Below the pieces are notes generated by a model. That model saw nothing but the letters and a program-made list of their open reading frames with translations. It was not told where the DNA came from and searched no databases. A DNA stretch of 64,000 nucleotides from Desulfatiglandales bacterium (lineage in GTDB: Bacteria > Desulfobacterota > DSM-4660 > Desulfatiglandales > Desulfatiglandaceae): NCBI GenBank assembly GCA_963662465.1, contig OY759599.1, forward strand, positions 3,168,001 through 3,232,000, in the 5' to 3' direction. Both the position numbers and the translations under genes were made by a program. The first letter of the stretch is position 1; each line of letters begins with the position of its first letter. Shown piece after piece: positions 20,117-31,072 of the stretch.

Positions 20117-20632
20117 ATGAATACCAGAAACCATCTGTTCGTGGTGCTGAAAAGTCTTATGAATGTCAGACTAAAACCGGGGACGGGGAACATCATCCCA
20201 TCAAAGGTAACGCCGTTTGCCTTCCTGACTCTGATTTTTGCTATAATCCTCCTGCTATGGGGCCTTTTTTGTTCTCCGGCCACAGCGGTGAATCCGGAAA
20301 GCATCGCCGATGAGGAAACGGCGCCGGATATGGAAAATTTCGACAGGGCAGGCGAAAACGCCTGGCTGGTGGGTATGTTCAGCCGTTTCCTGGGCCTGAA
20401 CGGCTTCAGCGCCTTTGCCAACTATGCCGAAGGAACAACCCCCGATTCCGGGGTTCAGGCCTCACCCGACCAGCGGGAACTGGATTTCACAGCGGACTAT
20501 CGCGTATCCAAAAGGTTTCTGGAAAGCCTCTGGTTCCGCTTCAGGACGGCCTTTGTTCGAAAGGATGGCCCGCACAGCCTTGACGTGGATGAATACCAGT
20601 TGATCATGAATTTTGACATTCCGGTGTTGTAA
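20117..20632 (+). pseudogene. internally deleted OprD-like porin remnant
   Basis: hydrophobic leader joined directly to C-terminal barrel-like strands (FDRAGENAW, RELDFTADY, terminal IMNFDIPVL); far too short for a full barrel. Confidence 0.5.
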
Positions 20633-20764
20633 AACAGAGCGGCAATCCATCAAACAAGATCCCCTGAAGCGGAGGACGATACCATGGGAGACATGAGAAT
20701 CCCCTTGCTCTTTCGTCGGAAAAGGTGGAAATAATGTGCCACTGGAAATTTTTGGAGAAATCAA

Positions 20765-20953
20765 ATGCTAACGGAAGAATTGCTGTCGGAACTGTTTGAA
20801 ACGGAAGTGGATCGGCTGGGCCGTGCATCAGGCCTGTCCGAAGAAGAAAGAAAGCGGATCATTGGAGTTTATAGAGAGGCAATCCGGAACCCCTATATGG
20901 ATGAGCGTCTCATTTTTCCGGCACTCATTGGGAAGGAGACCCTCAACCCATGA
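20765..20953 (+). CDS. small hypothetical protein
   Basis: GGAG RBS; ATGA overlap with the next gene. Confidence 0.55.
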   Translation: MLTEELLSELFETEVDRLGRASGLSEEERKRIIGVYREAIRNPYMDERLIFPALIGKETLNP

Positions 20954-22773
20954 ACATCGAACAGGTCCACCTGACCAACATCGGTTGCTATCCGGAAAGA
21001 ACGTTCGATCTTGAAAACCTGACCGTCATCCATGGCGAAAACAGAACCGGAAAATCTACATTCGTTTATGCACTGTTCTTCGGCCTTTTCGGGGGACATA
21101 TCAATGAACAGCTGAAAATATCCGACCTGGCCAGAATCGGTGAACCCTATGGCATCACCCGGCTCGTGCTGAAAAAATCCGGTGAAAAATACCAGTTGAA
21201 ACGAACCACGGGGGGAACGCCGGATTTGCTCAAATGGTCCGCCGGCAAAGAAGATTGGGCGCCGATTGACGGATATGATCCCGGTGATTTGCGCCGGCTC
21301 GTGCCCATATCTCCCGAGATGGCGTCACTGACATCTTTTTTTCGGGAAGGAGAACTCATCTATTTTCTGCGGGACATCCCCAAATATAATAACACGCTTC
21401 TTCAAAACCTGGTGCAAATGGGCAATATCTTTGTCACCCAGTCCAGATTCAAAAAAGCCCTGCAAATGGCAAAAGAGGAAAAAAGCCGCTACCAGAAACA
21501 GCTTCCGGAGAAACTCGTCGGAGAAAAAAACATCGAGGATGCCGTCAAGACCGCCGATGCTCTGGGAAAACAGTTGGAAGAGATGGATCAAGAACTCCAG
21601 ACCCTCACCCTGATCAGCAGCCCGGAAACATTGGCCGCCCTGGAAAAACGATCAGCGGAAGCAAAGGCCGCCCTCGATGAAACCCTTCGTGAAACGGAGC
21701 GGAATCCAACCCCTGACACACTCAGACGCGAAATCAAGGAACTGAAGGAAGCACTGAAAAATATGGCGGACCAGGCCGCAAGGAAAGACGAACTGCAGCG
21801 CCTAATGGGAAAAAACACCAAGACACTGGAAGATATCGAAGATGACCTTCGAATGTTGGGCAAACACGAGGGGGATTCCAAATGCACATTGTGCGGAAAT
21901 CCCATTTCCCAAAGCCGATTTGATGCGTTGATGGGCGTAAAACAAGAAAGAAAAAAATCCATTGAACTGGATGTTGAAAAAACGACATCCGAACTGGCCG
22001 AGATCAACCGGATGATGGATTCCCGGAAAACACTGGAAAGGTCTCTTCTGAGCAAGGAAAGGGAATTGGAGGATCGGGAAATTCTGGAAAAGAAACGCAT
22101 TCGGCAGCAAGCGGAATTTGCGGAAACCGAGAAGACCCTTGCCGCATACCGAAACCAAAACCCCGGCATTAATAAGGAATCTGAGAATTATACCCGAAAG
22201 GAAGCCCTGGAAAAAAGCAGACGCGACATCCAGAAAAAGTTAATCGATGCCAGGGTGGCAGCCGAAAAACTCAAAGAAGATTATCAGCGTTTTGAAAAAA
22301 ACCGCAAACTCCTTCAAAAGGCCCAACGAGATGTTCTGGTCTGTGATACGGCCTTTAAGTCCCTGGATAATGCCGTTAAATCCCTCAACAGCTCGCTGCT
22401 TCAGCGGGTGCGGAAAAACCTGCTCAGGTGGTCGGATCATTTTGATTTTCTGAGTGAATTTGACATTAATATGAAGGCCAGCCAACTGACGCCCATTATT
22501 CAGGCCAAAGGCTATCAGTACAAATTAAATCAAATGAGCAAGAGTGAGCGAATATTTTTGTATCTGATGCTCAAGCTGGCCATTGGGGATGCGCTGTCTC
22601 ATCTGGGGGTCTTTATCCTGGATGACCCGGCGGATGGTCTCGACCGTAAGAGAAAAGCCCTGCTATCACGCCTCTTGACGGAAATTTCAGCAAAACGCCA
22701 ATTGATTGTCACCACCAATGATCCGGATTTTGCGGAAATGTTTGATCAAGGACGCCGAATTGATTTGCAGTGA
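20950..22773 (+). CDS. Rad50/SbcC-like SMC ATPase
   Basis: Walker A GENRTGKS, long coiled coil with central CTLC zinc hook, signature-like MSKSE, Walker B ILDDP. Confidence 0.85.
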   Translation: MNIEQVHLTNIGCYPERTFDLENLTVIHGENRTGKSTFVYALFFGLFGGHINEQLKISDLARIGEPYGITRLVLKKSGEKYQLKRTTGGTPDLLKWSAGKEDWAPIDGYDPGDLRRLVPISPEMASLTSFFREGELIYFLRDIPKYNNTLLQNLVQMGNIFVTQSRFKKALQMAKEEKSRYQKQLPEKLVGEKNIEDAVKTADALGKQLEEMDQELQTLTLISSPETLAALEKRSAEAKAALDETLRETERNPTPDTLRREIKELKEALKNMADQAARKDELQRLMGKNTKTLEDIEDDLRMLGKHEGDSKCTLCGNPISQSRFDALMGVKQERKKSIELDVEKTTSELAEINRMMDSRKTLERSLLSKERELEDREILEKKRIRQQAEFAETEKTLAAYRNQNPGINKESENYTRKEALEKSRRDIQKKLIDARVAAEKLKEDYQRFEKNRKLLQKAQRDVLVCDTAFKSLDNAVKSLNSSLLQRVRKNLLRWSDHFDFLSEFDINMKASQLTPIIQAKGYQYKLNQMSKSERIFLYLMLKLAIGDALSHLGVFILDDPADGLDRKRKALLSRLLTEISAKRQLIVTTNDPDFAEMFDQGRRIDLQ

Positions 22774-22791
22774 GAATGCAGCCGTTAGCTG

Positions 22792-24000
22792 TTAGCCGTT
22801 AGAGCCGTACAGGGAACAGGCAAGCAGGGTGATGGGATGGATGACGGTGTATGGGGTACTCATCTCGATCTGCCATTTACAGGTTTCACAATCCGTAACC
22901 ACCATATCCGGCTTTACAGCATCGATTTTTTCAAAGAGTTCCCGCCCCACATCCTGGGAAACCGCGTAGTGTTCGTCCTTGAACCCGTAAGTGCCGGCCA
23001 TGCCGCAACACTCGGAATGGAGAATCACGACCGCCAGCTTCGGAATCCGCCGGAGTAGATCGATGGTATACATGACGCCGCCCATGCGTTCCAGGTGACA
23101 CGGGGAGTGGTAGGCTACCTTCAGGTTGAGGGGCCGCATGGGAGGAACCGGGCCGTTCTCCAATGCTTCAACCAAAAACCGCGTAATATACCGGACCCGG
23201 TTTTCCAGACCCGAAGTGTCCATCCCGAGAAGGTTCGGGTATTCATGCTTGAGTGCCAGGGAACAGCTTGATGAGGCGGAGACGATTTTCCTGTCCGTGT
23301 TCCGAACCGCCTGGGATAAGCTGTGGATATTGAAGGCGGCATTTTTCCGGGCTTTCACCATATCACCGTTGGCAATTAGGGGCACACCGCAGCATTTTTC
23401 ACGAGTAATGGATACGCCGTACTTCATGGCGTTTAAAACCCGCACCACATCTTTTCCCAGGCCGTGGTCGTTATAGTTCACATAACACCCGTGGAAATAA
23501 ACCACTTCCCGCTCAAACCCTTTCTGATCCGCTGCCCGGGCCCGGAACCACCGGCGGAACGTCCCCCGCTCATATTTGGGAAAAATCCTTTGGGATGGGA
23601 TGCCCATCACCTGGTGCAGCAACCGTTTTACGGGCATGAGCGATGTGGCGACATTCACCATGGGGCCGGCCAAGGTGGCAACGCTTCCCATGAGATCGGT
23701 CCGACTAAGCAGGAAGTCCCGTGGAGACAATTTTTGCGGGTGATACCGCCACTTGGCGGTCTGGATGATATCCGCGATCTTCACATCCGAAGGACAGGCG
23801 ATTTCACAGCGTTTGCAGTTGTTGCAGTAGGAAAGGGATGCATCCAGGAGTTCCGGGTTCTTGATGCGCAGCCGCTCCGCGTCGGGACCCGACTGCTTGG
23901 GACCCGGATAGTGGGGGGTCGCACGGGCCACGGGGCAATAGGCGGTGCAGACGGTGCATTTGAGGCAGTGGTCAAAACTGATGTTTTCCAGATCAATCAT
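22792..24000 (-). CDS. glpC: anaerobic glycerol-3-phosphate dehydrogenase subunit C
   Basis: two ferredoxin motifs, YPGPKQSGP, two CCG domains. Confidence 0.95.
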   Translation of the reverse strand: MIDLENISFDHCLKCTVCTAYCPVARATPHYPGPKQSGPDAERLRIKNPELLDASLSYCNNCKRCEIACPSDVKIADIIQTAKWRYHPQKLSPRDFLLSRTDLMGSVATLAGPMVNVATSLMPVKRLLHQVMGIPSQRIFPKYERGTFRRWFRARAADQKGFEREVVYFHGCYVNYNDHGLGKDVVRVLNAMKYGVSITREKCCGVPLIANGDMVKARKNAAFNIHSLSQAVRNTDRKIVSASSSCSLALKHEYPNLLGMDTSGLENRVRYITRFLVEALENGPVPPMRPLNLKVAYHSPCHLERMGGVMYTIDLLRRIPKLAVVILHSECCGMAGTYGFKDEHYAVSQDVGRELFEKIDAVKPDMVVTDCETCKWQIEMSTPYTVIHPITLLACSLYGSNG

Positions 24001-25313
24001 GGGATTCTGTTTTCATCCCGGCCTATTTCCAAATGGGCAATGATCCGTTTCGCCGCCATGTACCCAGTGCTGACGGCCACACCGCCCCCGCTGGCCTCGC
24101 TGACGGGATTGTAATGGGATAGCACGGCCCCCGCGCAAAAAAGGTTTTTGATTTCCCTGCCCAAGGCGTCCCGGGGGTTCAGCTTTTCATTGGTCTTCAC
24201 GCCAAACCCGAGAAAGGGGTGGCTCTTTGACTCAAAAAACGACTGTGCATGCCATGAGGACCGTCCCCGGGTATATTCCAGGGAAAGGCCGAAGACCGGT
24301 TCCCGCATTTCCCGTGCGTCGCTCACAAGACCGCCGGAAAAAAAACTGCCCGTGGCTAACACGAAAAAGGGCGCCTTCTGTTGCCTGTCCCCCTGGTTGC
24401 GCGTTTGGATACTTTGAAGAACACCGTCGATGACTTCACCTCCGGTCACCCTGTCGCCCGCGATAAACACGCCCCCCAAAGCCGCGAAACGAGATTTCAG
24501 GGCATTGTCCAGCCGCATCCCCAGGATCGATGGCGGCAAGGTGGGGACTTCATAGAGAAGCCCCTTAACCCGCGCTTGCAGCGCTTCATAGACAGCATTG
24601 TAGTTGCGAATGCCCATGACGGCCGGCAGGCCGATGATGTCCGCATTCCCGGAAATGGTGTTGATCCGGTGAGCAATTTCGTCCAGGTCTGTTAAGGCAT
24701 CAAAGCACCGCGCCAGATCCATACTTCGAAAATCGTAAGGGTTTTGGCCCTCCCGAGCGATACCAGCCATATCCACGGCCCCGGTAAGGATCTCGCAGTC
24801 CTGAAATATGGGGTTCTTTTTGAGATTGGCCTCGGCCAGCCCCGGATAAAAATCCCTGAACCCCTCGAAGGTCAAGATGGCAATACGGGGTTTTTGTCCG
24901 TATTTTTTTTTCAGCTTTGGGTTGAAAACACTTTGCTGGGAGAAAAAGGTAGGCTTCAGGGTCCCCAAAGTTGTAACATGCTGATGATTTTTCCGACCGT
25001 TCGAATAGAGGGAAAGCGATTCTTTTGCCACTTCCTCTCGAAAAAAGGAAAGCGCCTCTTCCACCCCTTCCCGCCCGCATTTTGCATAGGGGTGCCGAGG
25101 ATGGTCGTGAAGAAATGGCGCCATGGCCTCAAAAGGTGCGCCAACAACTTCCCCTGCCCCATCCCGCCCGAGGACGTCGATGGACCCGGACGAAAAGTGA
25201 AGGGCACTCATGCCCGCTGAAAAGAGACTGCAACGAAGGCCCGCCCCGGCGCACTTGATCCCGCAAACCAGTCCCGCGATACCGCCCCCGATAATGATAC
25301 AGTCACAGCTCAC
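23997..25313 (-). CDS. glpB: anaerobic glycerol-3-phosphate dehydrogenase subunit B
   Basis: IIGGGIAG, SALHFSSGSID, PTLPPSILGMR, LATGSFFSGGL. Confidence 0.95.
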   Translation of the reverse strand: MSCDCIIIGGGIAGLVCGIKCAGAGLRCSLFSAGMSALHFSSGSIDVLGRDGAGEVVGAPFEAMAPFLHDHPRHPYAKCGREGVEEALSFFREEVAKESLSLYSNGRKNHQHVTTLGTLKPTFFSQQSVFNPKLKKKYGQKPRIAILTFEGFRDFYPGLAEANLKKNPIFQDCEILTGAVDMAGIAREGQNPYDFRSMDLARCFDALTDLDEIAHRINTISGNADIIGLPAVMGIRNYNAVYEALQARVKGLLYEVPTLPPSILGMRLDNALKSRFAALGGVFIAGDRVTGGEVIDGVLQSIQTRNQGDRQQKAPFFVLATGSFFSGGLVSDAREMREPVFGLSLEYTRGRSSWHAQSFFESKSHPFLGFGVKTNEKLNPRDALGREIKNLFCAGAVLSHYNPVSEASGGGVAVSTGYMAAKRIIAHLEIGRDENRIP

Positions 25314-26974
25314 GTTGCCGTCTCCTTGGCGGGCAGTGATTCCCCCGGCGGTATCCCGCTTCTCCGAAGATTTCCCAGCCCAAACAACCCTTCGTAGATC
25401 CAGTAGGTGAATTCAATCTCCCGCAGCCCGTCCCCCCAAAGTACCGGTTTGATCCCCTTGAAACGTTCCTCCAGAAAATCGCCCAGCATGGCCGTTGCCC
25501 CGGCCCCGTCGGCCTTGCCAAACCGCCTCATGAGCCCAGCGGCCCGGTAAGCACATAATTCCCCCTGGCAGGGACCCATGCCGAGCCGGGTCCGGCGGCG
25601 AAGGTCAATGAGATCCCGCACGTGAAGGTTTTTGAGGGCATAGGAAATCTCCCCCTCCGTAACCATTTCGCATTCACAGATGAGCCGGTAATTCCGTGGG
25701 TCTCGGTTCAATATTTGCCGCACCCGTTCACCGTGCCGGTAATGGGTGCTTCCCACCACCGAATTGGCGATGCCGGTAAAATATTTCACGGCCTTCTTTT
25801 CGGGGATTTCCCGTTCCGAACCGGGAAGCGGCGTGGTATGGGTAATACACTCTTTTTTCACGTGAAGTTTTGTGCAAACCAGATCCGTGACCATTTCGGC
25901 CATGAGTCGAGATGTCATGAGCTTGCCCCCCGCCACGGTAATCAACCCCAAGGCCCCGTCTCGCTCTTCGTGATCCACCACAACGATTTTTCGGGAAATA
26001 TTGCGGCCATCCGTTTCCTCGCTCAGGGCCACCAGGGGACGTACACCGCTATAGGCCCGCAGAATACGGGTTTTGGAGACGTTGGGAATAAGCTTTTCCC
26101 CTTCCGAAAGAAGAACATCAATCTCATCATCGTCCACCACCAGGTTCTCGATCTCCTCGTAGGGAATTTCCCGGGACGTGGTGCCGATAAGGGAAACCGT
26201 ATCTCCGGGCACGAAGATGTCCCCGTCCGAGGGCGGTCGGCAGCGGTTCACCACCACGTTGTTGATCCGGTAGTCAATAATGACCAATGATCCCTTGTCC
26301 GGAAACATGTTAAGCGTAATACCGGCGGTTTCGCAGACACGCCGACCCCATATTCCGGAAGCATTGACAACCATTTGGCCGTAAACCTCGAAGGTTTCGC
26401 CGTTTTTCCGGTCCATGCACAAAACCCCCACGATCCGATCCTGATCCCGGATCAGGCTTGCCGCCTCGGTGTGGGTGAAAACAAGAGCCCCCTTTTCCAC
26501 AGCGCCGAGAATCGTTGATGAGGCGAAGCGAAACGGGTCGATGGTGGCGTCCGGCACATGAATGGCCCGGGTAATCCCTGGATTGAGGTTGGGCTCCAGG
26601 CGAAGGGCTTCCGCTTTCCCCATTTCCCGGCACAAAATGCCCGCTTTTGCGCAACCCGCCAACAGGCGGTCGTAATAGTCCGGGTCATCCTGGGGCAGGG
26701 CAACAAAAAGACCGCCCGTATCTTCCACGCAATGACGGGCGATCCGTTTCAAAATCAGATTTTCCCCGATGCATTCCCTGGCGGATTCCAGATCCTTGAC
26801 GGCATAGCGAGCCCCGGAATGCAGCAACCCGTGGTTGCGTCCCGTGGTGCCGGAGGCAAGGTCATTTTTCTCGATGCAAACCGCCCGCAAACCGCGCAGG
26901 ACGGCATCTCGCAGAATGCCCGTACCCGCGGCGCCCCCGCCGATAACAATCACATCCGTTTCCAGCCACTTCAT
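25310..26974 (-). CDS. glpA: anaerobic glycerol-3-phosphate dehydrogenase subunit A
   Basis: GTTGRNHGLLHSGARY, CECE and RTRLGMGPCQGELC. Confidence 0.96.
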   Translation of the reverse strand: MKWLETDVIVIGGGAAGTGILRDAVLRGLRAVCIEKNDLASGTTGRNHGLLHSGARYAVKDLESARECIGENLILKRIARHCVEDTGGLFVALPQDDPDYYDRLLAGCAKAGILCREMGKAEALRLEPNLNPGITRAIHVPDATIDPFRFASSTILGAVEKGALVFTHTEAASLIRDQDRIVGVLCMDRKNGETFEVYGQMVVNASGIWGRRVCETAGITLNMFPDKGSLVIIDYRINNVVVNRCRPPSDGDIFVPGDTVSLIGTTSREIPYEEIENLVVDDDEIDVLLSEGEKLIPNVSKTRILRAYSGVRPLVALSEETDGRNISRKIVVVDHEERDGALGLITVAGGKLMTSRLMAEMVTDLVCTKLHVKKECITHTTPLPGSEREIPEKKAVKYFTGIANSVVGSTHYRHGERVRQILNRDPRNYRLICECEMVTEGEISYALKNLHVRDLIDLRRRTRLGMGPCQGELCAYRAAGLMRRFGKADGAGATAMLGDFLEERFKGIKPVLWGDGLREIEFTYWIYEGLFGLGNLRRSGIPPGESLPAKETAT

Positions 26975-27091
26975 TCCGGTTCTCCTCTTCGGGCTTGACA
27001 GATGACACAGTAAACGTGATAAGGGTTTTATAAAGAGACTTTTTCAGGAGATTACGATAGCGATATCCCTCTTAGGGGTCAAGGGGAAAGC

Positions 27092-29359
27092 ATGACAAAA
27101 GCATATCCTTCAAATTTCAGGTCCCTCCTGAACCGCTGGACCACCCCACCCACCCCTGCCGGTGATAATGTAATCGGATACTGGCAGGACAAATTGATGT
27201 TTACACTTCTTTTGGCAGCGCTGGTCTTCGCCTTTCCCGTATATATTCCAAGCGTTGTCCTTTCCATCAAGGAAGGACTCTTTAGCGTCGCCGTTGCGGA
27301 CACCATAATCTACGGCTGGGTGGGGGTACTCTTTTTTCGGAGGTCTATTCCCTTTACCGTTCGCGCCTCAAGCATTGTCCTCATAAGCTATGCCCTCGGC
27401 ATGGTTTTGCTCCTGACGGTGGGACCGTTTGGCGCCGGACCGGTTTGGATCTTCGCATTCCCCGTCGTCGCAGCGGTTTTCATGGGCGTTAGAACCGTCT
27501 TTCTGACCCTGGCCATCAATGGCGCCACCCTGATTGCGTTCGGAATCCTGATCGCTAATGGTATCATTGGGTGGGATTACCCCATCATTAATGCAGGTGA
27601 AAAATGGGTGGTCATCGCCCTGAACTTCATATTGCTGAACATCATTGTGGCCATTTCCGTTTCCTATATTTCAAGGGGGCTCCTGATTTCCCTGAAAGAG
27701 AAAAAAGGCATGCTGGGTACGCTGGAACAAAAGCATGACGAGCTGTTGAATTTTACCCGTCAACTTGAAGCGGAAGTGATGGAGCGGACGAAAGCCGTGG
27801 AGGCATTGCGGGAGAGCAAAGAGAAATTTTCCAGAGCCTTTCATACCAGCCCTTATGTATTAGCCATTACCCGTGCTGAAGACGGAAAACTGATCGAAAT
27901 AAACGACGCATTTACCCTTATCATGGGCTTCACCCGGGAAGAATCGTTTGGCAATTCCACCATAGGATTAAACCTGTGGGCCGACCCGGAAGATAGAGAA
28001 ACGGTGATCTCCGATCTAATGGCCGGCAGGCGCGTGGTAAGCAGGGAGTTCTTGTTTAAGCGGAAGGATGGCGGCATCATTACAGGTCTGCTCTCAGCTC
28101 AGATGATCCCCATCAATAACCAAACCTGTATCCTGTTCAGTATCAACGATATCACCGAGCGTAAGCAGGCTGAAGCGGAAAAAACCCAGTTGGAAAAACA
28201 ATTTTATCAAGCCCAGAAACTGGAGTCCATCGGTCGTCTCGCAGGCGGTGTAGCCCATGATCTGAACAACCTGCTAACCCCCATTCTCGGGTACAGTGAA
28301 ATGCTCCTTCTGAATGTCGACGAAAACGATGCGGATGAAGAACCGCTGAGAGAGATCGTAAATGCGAGCAAACGCGCCCGGGATCTCGTGCGACAACTGC
28401 TGGCTTTCAGCCGAAAACAGGCCCTCCAGTACAAAAACTTCGATATGAACCGTCTATTATGCGACTTTGAAAAACTGCTTCGACGCACTATCCGGGAAGA
28501 TGTGGCCATTCACATGAACCTGGCCGAATCCCTTCCTCTCATCAAAGGAGATGTGGGACAATTGGAACAGGTGGTCATGAACCTGGTCGTTAATGCTCAG
28601 GACGCCATGCCGGACGGGGGTCAATTAACACTGGAAACGGCCCGGGTCGAACTGGATGAAAGCTATTCAGCGGAACACAAAGGCGCAGCACCCGGGCCGT
28701 ATGTCATGTTGATCATCAGCGACACGGGGAGCGGAATGGATTCGGACACGCGAGAACATCTCTTCGAACCCTTTTTCACCACAAAGGAAAAAGACAGGGG
28801 AACCGGGTTGGGTCTGGCCACGGTGTATGGCATCGTGAAACAGCATGGCGGAAACATCTGGGTCTATAGCGAACCTGGTTTCGGAACGGTCTTTAAAATC
28901 TACCTGCCTGTCTCCACGGATTCCCCCAACTCCCATGAATCGGCTTCAAAAGCCCCATCAAAATCTGATTTGAACGGCTCAGAGACCATTTTGCTGGTGG
29001 AAGACGACCACCAGGTGAGAAAGCTTACGCTGGCCGTCCTGAAGCAACAGGGCTACAGAGTCCTGGCGGCGGAAAATGGAAAAGAAGGGCTTGCCATGCT
29101 GGATCAACACAACGGGCCGGTGCATCTGCTGTTGACGGACGTGATTATGCCCGAAATGAACGGCAAACGATTGTTTGAACGAATATCCCAAACCTATTCG
29201 GATGTCAGGGTACTTTACATGTCCGGCTATACAGACAACGTCATTGCCCACCACGGCGTCATCGATCCGGGCGTCCACTTCATCCAAAAACCATTCAACG
29301 TTAAAGACCTGGCCGCCAAAGTCCGGGAAGTCTTGGATCAAGAAGGAGAGAAACGTTAA
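27092..29359 (+). CDS. multi-TM PAS hybrid histidine kinase
   Basis: 5-6 TM helices, PAS, AHDLNN, FEPFFTTK, GTGLGL, C-terminal REC. Confidence 0.92.
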   Translation: MTKAYPSNFRSLLNRWTTPPTPAGDNVIGYWQDKLMFTLLLAALVFAFPVYIPSVVLSIKEGLFSVAVADTIIYGWVGVLFFRRSIPFTVRASSIVLISYALGMVLLLTVGPFGAGPVWIFAFPVVAAVFMGVRTVFLTLAINGATLIAFGILIANGIIGWDYPIINAGEKWVVIALNFILLNIIVAISVSYISRGLLISLKEKKGMLGTLEQKHDELLNFTRQLEAEVMERTKAVEALRESKEKFSRAFHTSPYVLAITRAEDGKLIEINDAFTLIMGFTREESFGNSTIGLNLWADPEDRETVISDLMAGRRVVSREFLFKRKDGGIITGLLSAQMIPINNQTCILFSINDITERKQAEAEKTQLEKQFYQAQKLESIGRLAGGVAHDLNNLLTPILGYSEMLLLNVDENDADEEPLREIVNASKRARDLVRQLLAFSRKQALQYKNFDMNRLLCDFEKLLRRTIREDVAIHMNLAESLPLIKGDVGQLEQVVMNLVVNAQDAMPDGGQLTLETARVELDESYSAEHKGAAPGPYVMLIISDTGSGMDSDTREHLFEPFFTTKEKDRGTGLGLATVYGIVKQHGGNIWVYSEPGFGTVFKIYLPVSTDSPNSHESASKAPSKSDLNGSETILLVEDDHQVRKLTLAVLKQQGYRVLAAENGKEGLAMLDQHNGPVHLLLTDVIMPEMNGKRLFERISQTYSDVRVLYMSGYTDNVIAHHGVIDPGVHFIQKPFNVKDLAAKVREVLDQEGEKR

Positions 29360-29447
29360 AGAAACAGATGATCATCAGATAAAGCATCCGCAATTAGATT
29401 GATAAAAAGCTCTTTTTCCAAACACAGGAGTTCGAACCGGCACGGAT

Positions 29448-30476
29448 ATGGCCACTCTCACTCATCATATGACCATAAAAAAAAGGCTTTTCCTGGTGCT
29501 GCTGGGAATTTTTTTTGTGGTCATGGCAGGAACCAATGGATATTATCTATTGTTCGGGAGACAATCAGGATTTATTGACTGCATGTACATGACCGTCATC
29601 TCCCTTACCGGCGTCGGATACGGCGAAGTGCTGCAGGTTACGGGCAATGTGCCGGCACAGATATTTACCATGATCCTGATTACCTTCGGCATGGGGATCA
29701 TTCTTTACGGTATCAGTGCCATGACGGCCCTGATTGTTGAAGGTGAACTCTCCGGAATTTTGAAAAGGCAGAGAATGCAAAAAGACATCAGCAAACTGAA
29801 AGATCATTACATCGTATGCGGCGGCGGCGAAACCGGGATACCCCTCATCGCTGAACTGGTCAGCAACATGGAATCCGTTGTACTGATTGAACAGGACACA
29901 AAGCAAATCGAACGTTTAGAATCCATCGGCGAAATAACCTACATCACCGGCGACGCTACGGAAGATGAGAATCTTGTTGCCGCCGGCATTAACAAAGCCG
30001 CGGGAGTCATCGTTTGTCTTCCATCGGACAAGGACTGCCTTTATATCACCATGACGGCAAGAATACTGAACAGAAATATGCGCATCATCAGTCGCATGAC
30101 CGACCGAAAACATGAAGCCAAACTGAGAATCGCCGGCGCTGACGGGGTGGTATCGCCCAACGCCATCGGCGCCCTTCGCATGGCATCCGAAATGATTCGG
30201 CCCACGGTGGTGGATTTCTTGGATAAGATGCTCAGAAGCAGCCAGGGCACCCTGCGGTTCAACGAGTTGATCCTGTCCGAGGACGGAGCCTTTTCGGGAA
30301 AAACCATTAGAGAATCGGGCATCAAGGACAGATTCGGTCTGCTGATCGTGGGCATCAGAGAAAAGCAGGGAGCCATTACCTTCAATCCACCCCCCTCACT
30401 GGCATTGGGAGCGGGAGTCACGTTGATTGTCATGGGGGAGGTCGCCAGTCTCAAGAAGGCCAAAAGCATCTGCTGA
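29448..30476 (+). CDS. potassium channel with RCK (TrkA-N/TrkA-C) domains
   Basis: 2 TM with VGYG filter, HYIVCGGG, GDAT, AGAD.VVSP. Confidence 0.92.
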   Translation: MATLTHHMTIKKRLFLVLLGIFFVVMAGTNGYYLLFGRQSGFIDCMYMTVISLTGVGYGEVLQVTGNVPAQIFTMILITFGMGIILYGISAMTALIVEGELSGILKRQRMQKDISKLKDHYIVCGGGETGIPLIAELVSNMESVVLIEQDTKQIERLESIGEITYITGDATEDENLVAAGINKAAGVIVCLPSDKDCLYITMTARILNRNMRIISRMTDRKHEAKLRIAGADGVVSPNAIGALRMASEMIRPTVVDFLDKMLRSSQGTLRFNELILSEDGAFSGKTIRESGIKDRFGLLIVGIREKQGAITFNPPPSLALGAGVTLIVMGEVASLKKAKSIC

Positions 30477-30493
30477 CAAACACGCTACCCGTT
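30354..30493 (+). repeat. left copy of the 140-bp direct repeat bounding the island (3' end of the K+ channel gene)
   Basis: aligns without gaps to 54795-54934; 14 mismatches by manual count. Confidence 0.92.
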
Positions 30494-31054
30494 TAGAATA
30501 TCCCGCACCATTGTATTCACCACTTCCCTTGCAGACTGCCCCATATCTGCTGGGACGGTGCATTCGGGGATAATGTAGTGCCCGATTATCTCCGTTTTGC
30601 AAAAACCGTTCTGACGGTCAAAAGCTACTTTGATAATATCGGCGTTTTCCTCAATGGGTCCTCCGCAGGTCACCAGAAGCGCTGTGCGTTTCCCCTCAAT
30701 AAAGGATTTATGCGCCGCCGTACCATATCCTTTCACCATGCAAACATGCCGGTCAATCAGCGCTTTTAATTGAGATGAAAAACTCCAGCAATAGAGCGGT
30801 GTGGCATATACAACGGCATCAGAGGCCATCATGCGCTCAAAAACCGCCGGGGCATCATCTTTTTGCACACACCCGAGTTCATCCGTTATCTCCCAGCATG
30901 TTCCACATCCCAGGCACCCTCGCACATCCAAATCAACCAAATTGATCCGGTCAACCTCATGCCCCTTGTTGATAAGGTCTTCTTCAAACCAACCCAGCGC
31001 CGTCTCCGTGTTGCCCCCTTTTCGAGGGCCTCCGAAAAGTGTGGTCACCTTCAT
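30485..31054 (-). CDS. flavodoxin-family / iron-sulfur flavoprotein
   Basis: GPRKGGNT, CLGCGTC...C, ATPLY, LKALIDR. Confidence 0.9.
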   Translation of the reverse strand: MKVTTLFGGPRKGGNTETALGWFEEDLINKGHEVDRINLVDLDVRGCLGCGTCWEITDELGCVQKDDAPAVFERMMASDAVVYATPLYCWSFSSQLKALIDRHVCMVKGYGTAAHKSFIEGKRTALLVTCGGPIEENADIIKVAFDRQNGFCKTEIIGHYIIPECTVPADMGQSAREVVNTMVRDILNG

Positions 31055-31072
31055 GATTGTTCTCCTTTCTCT

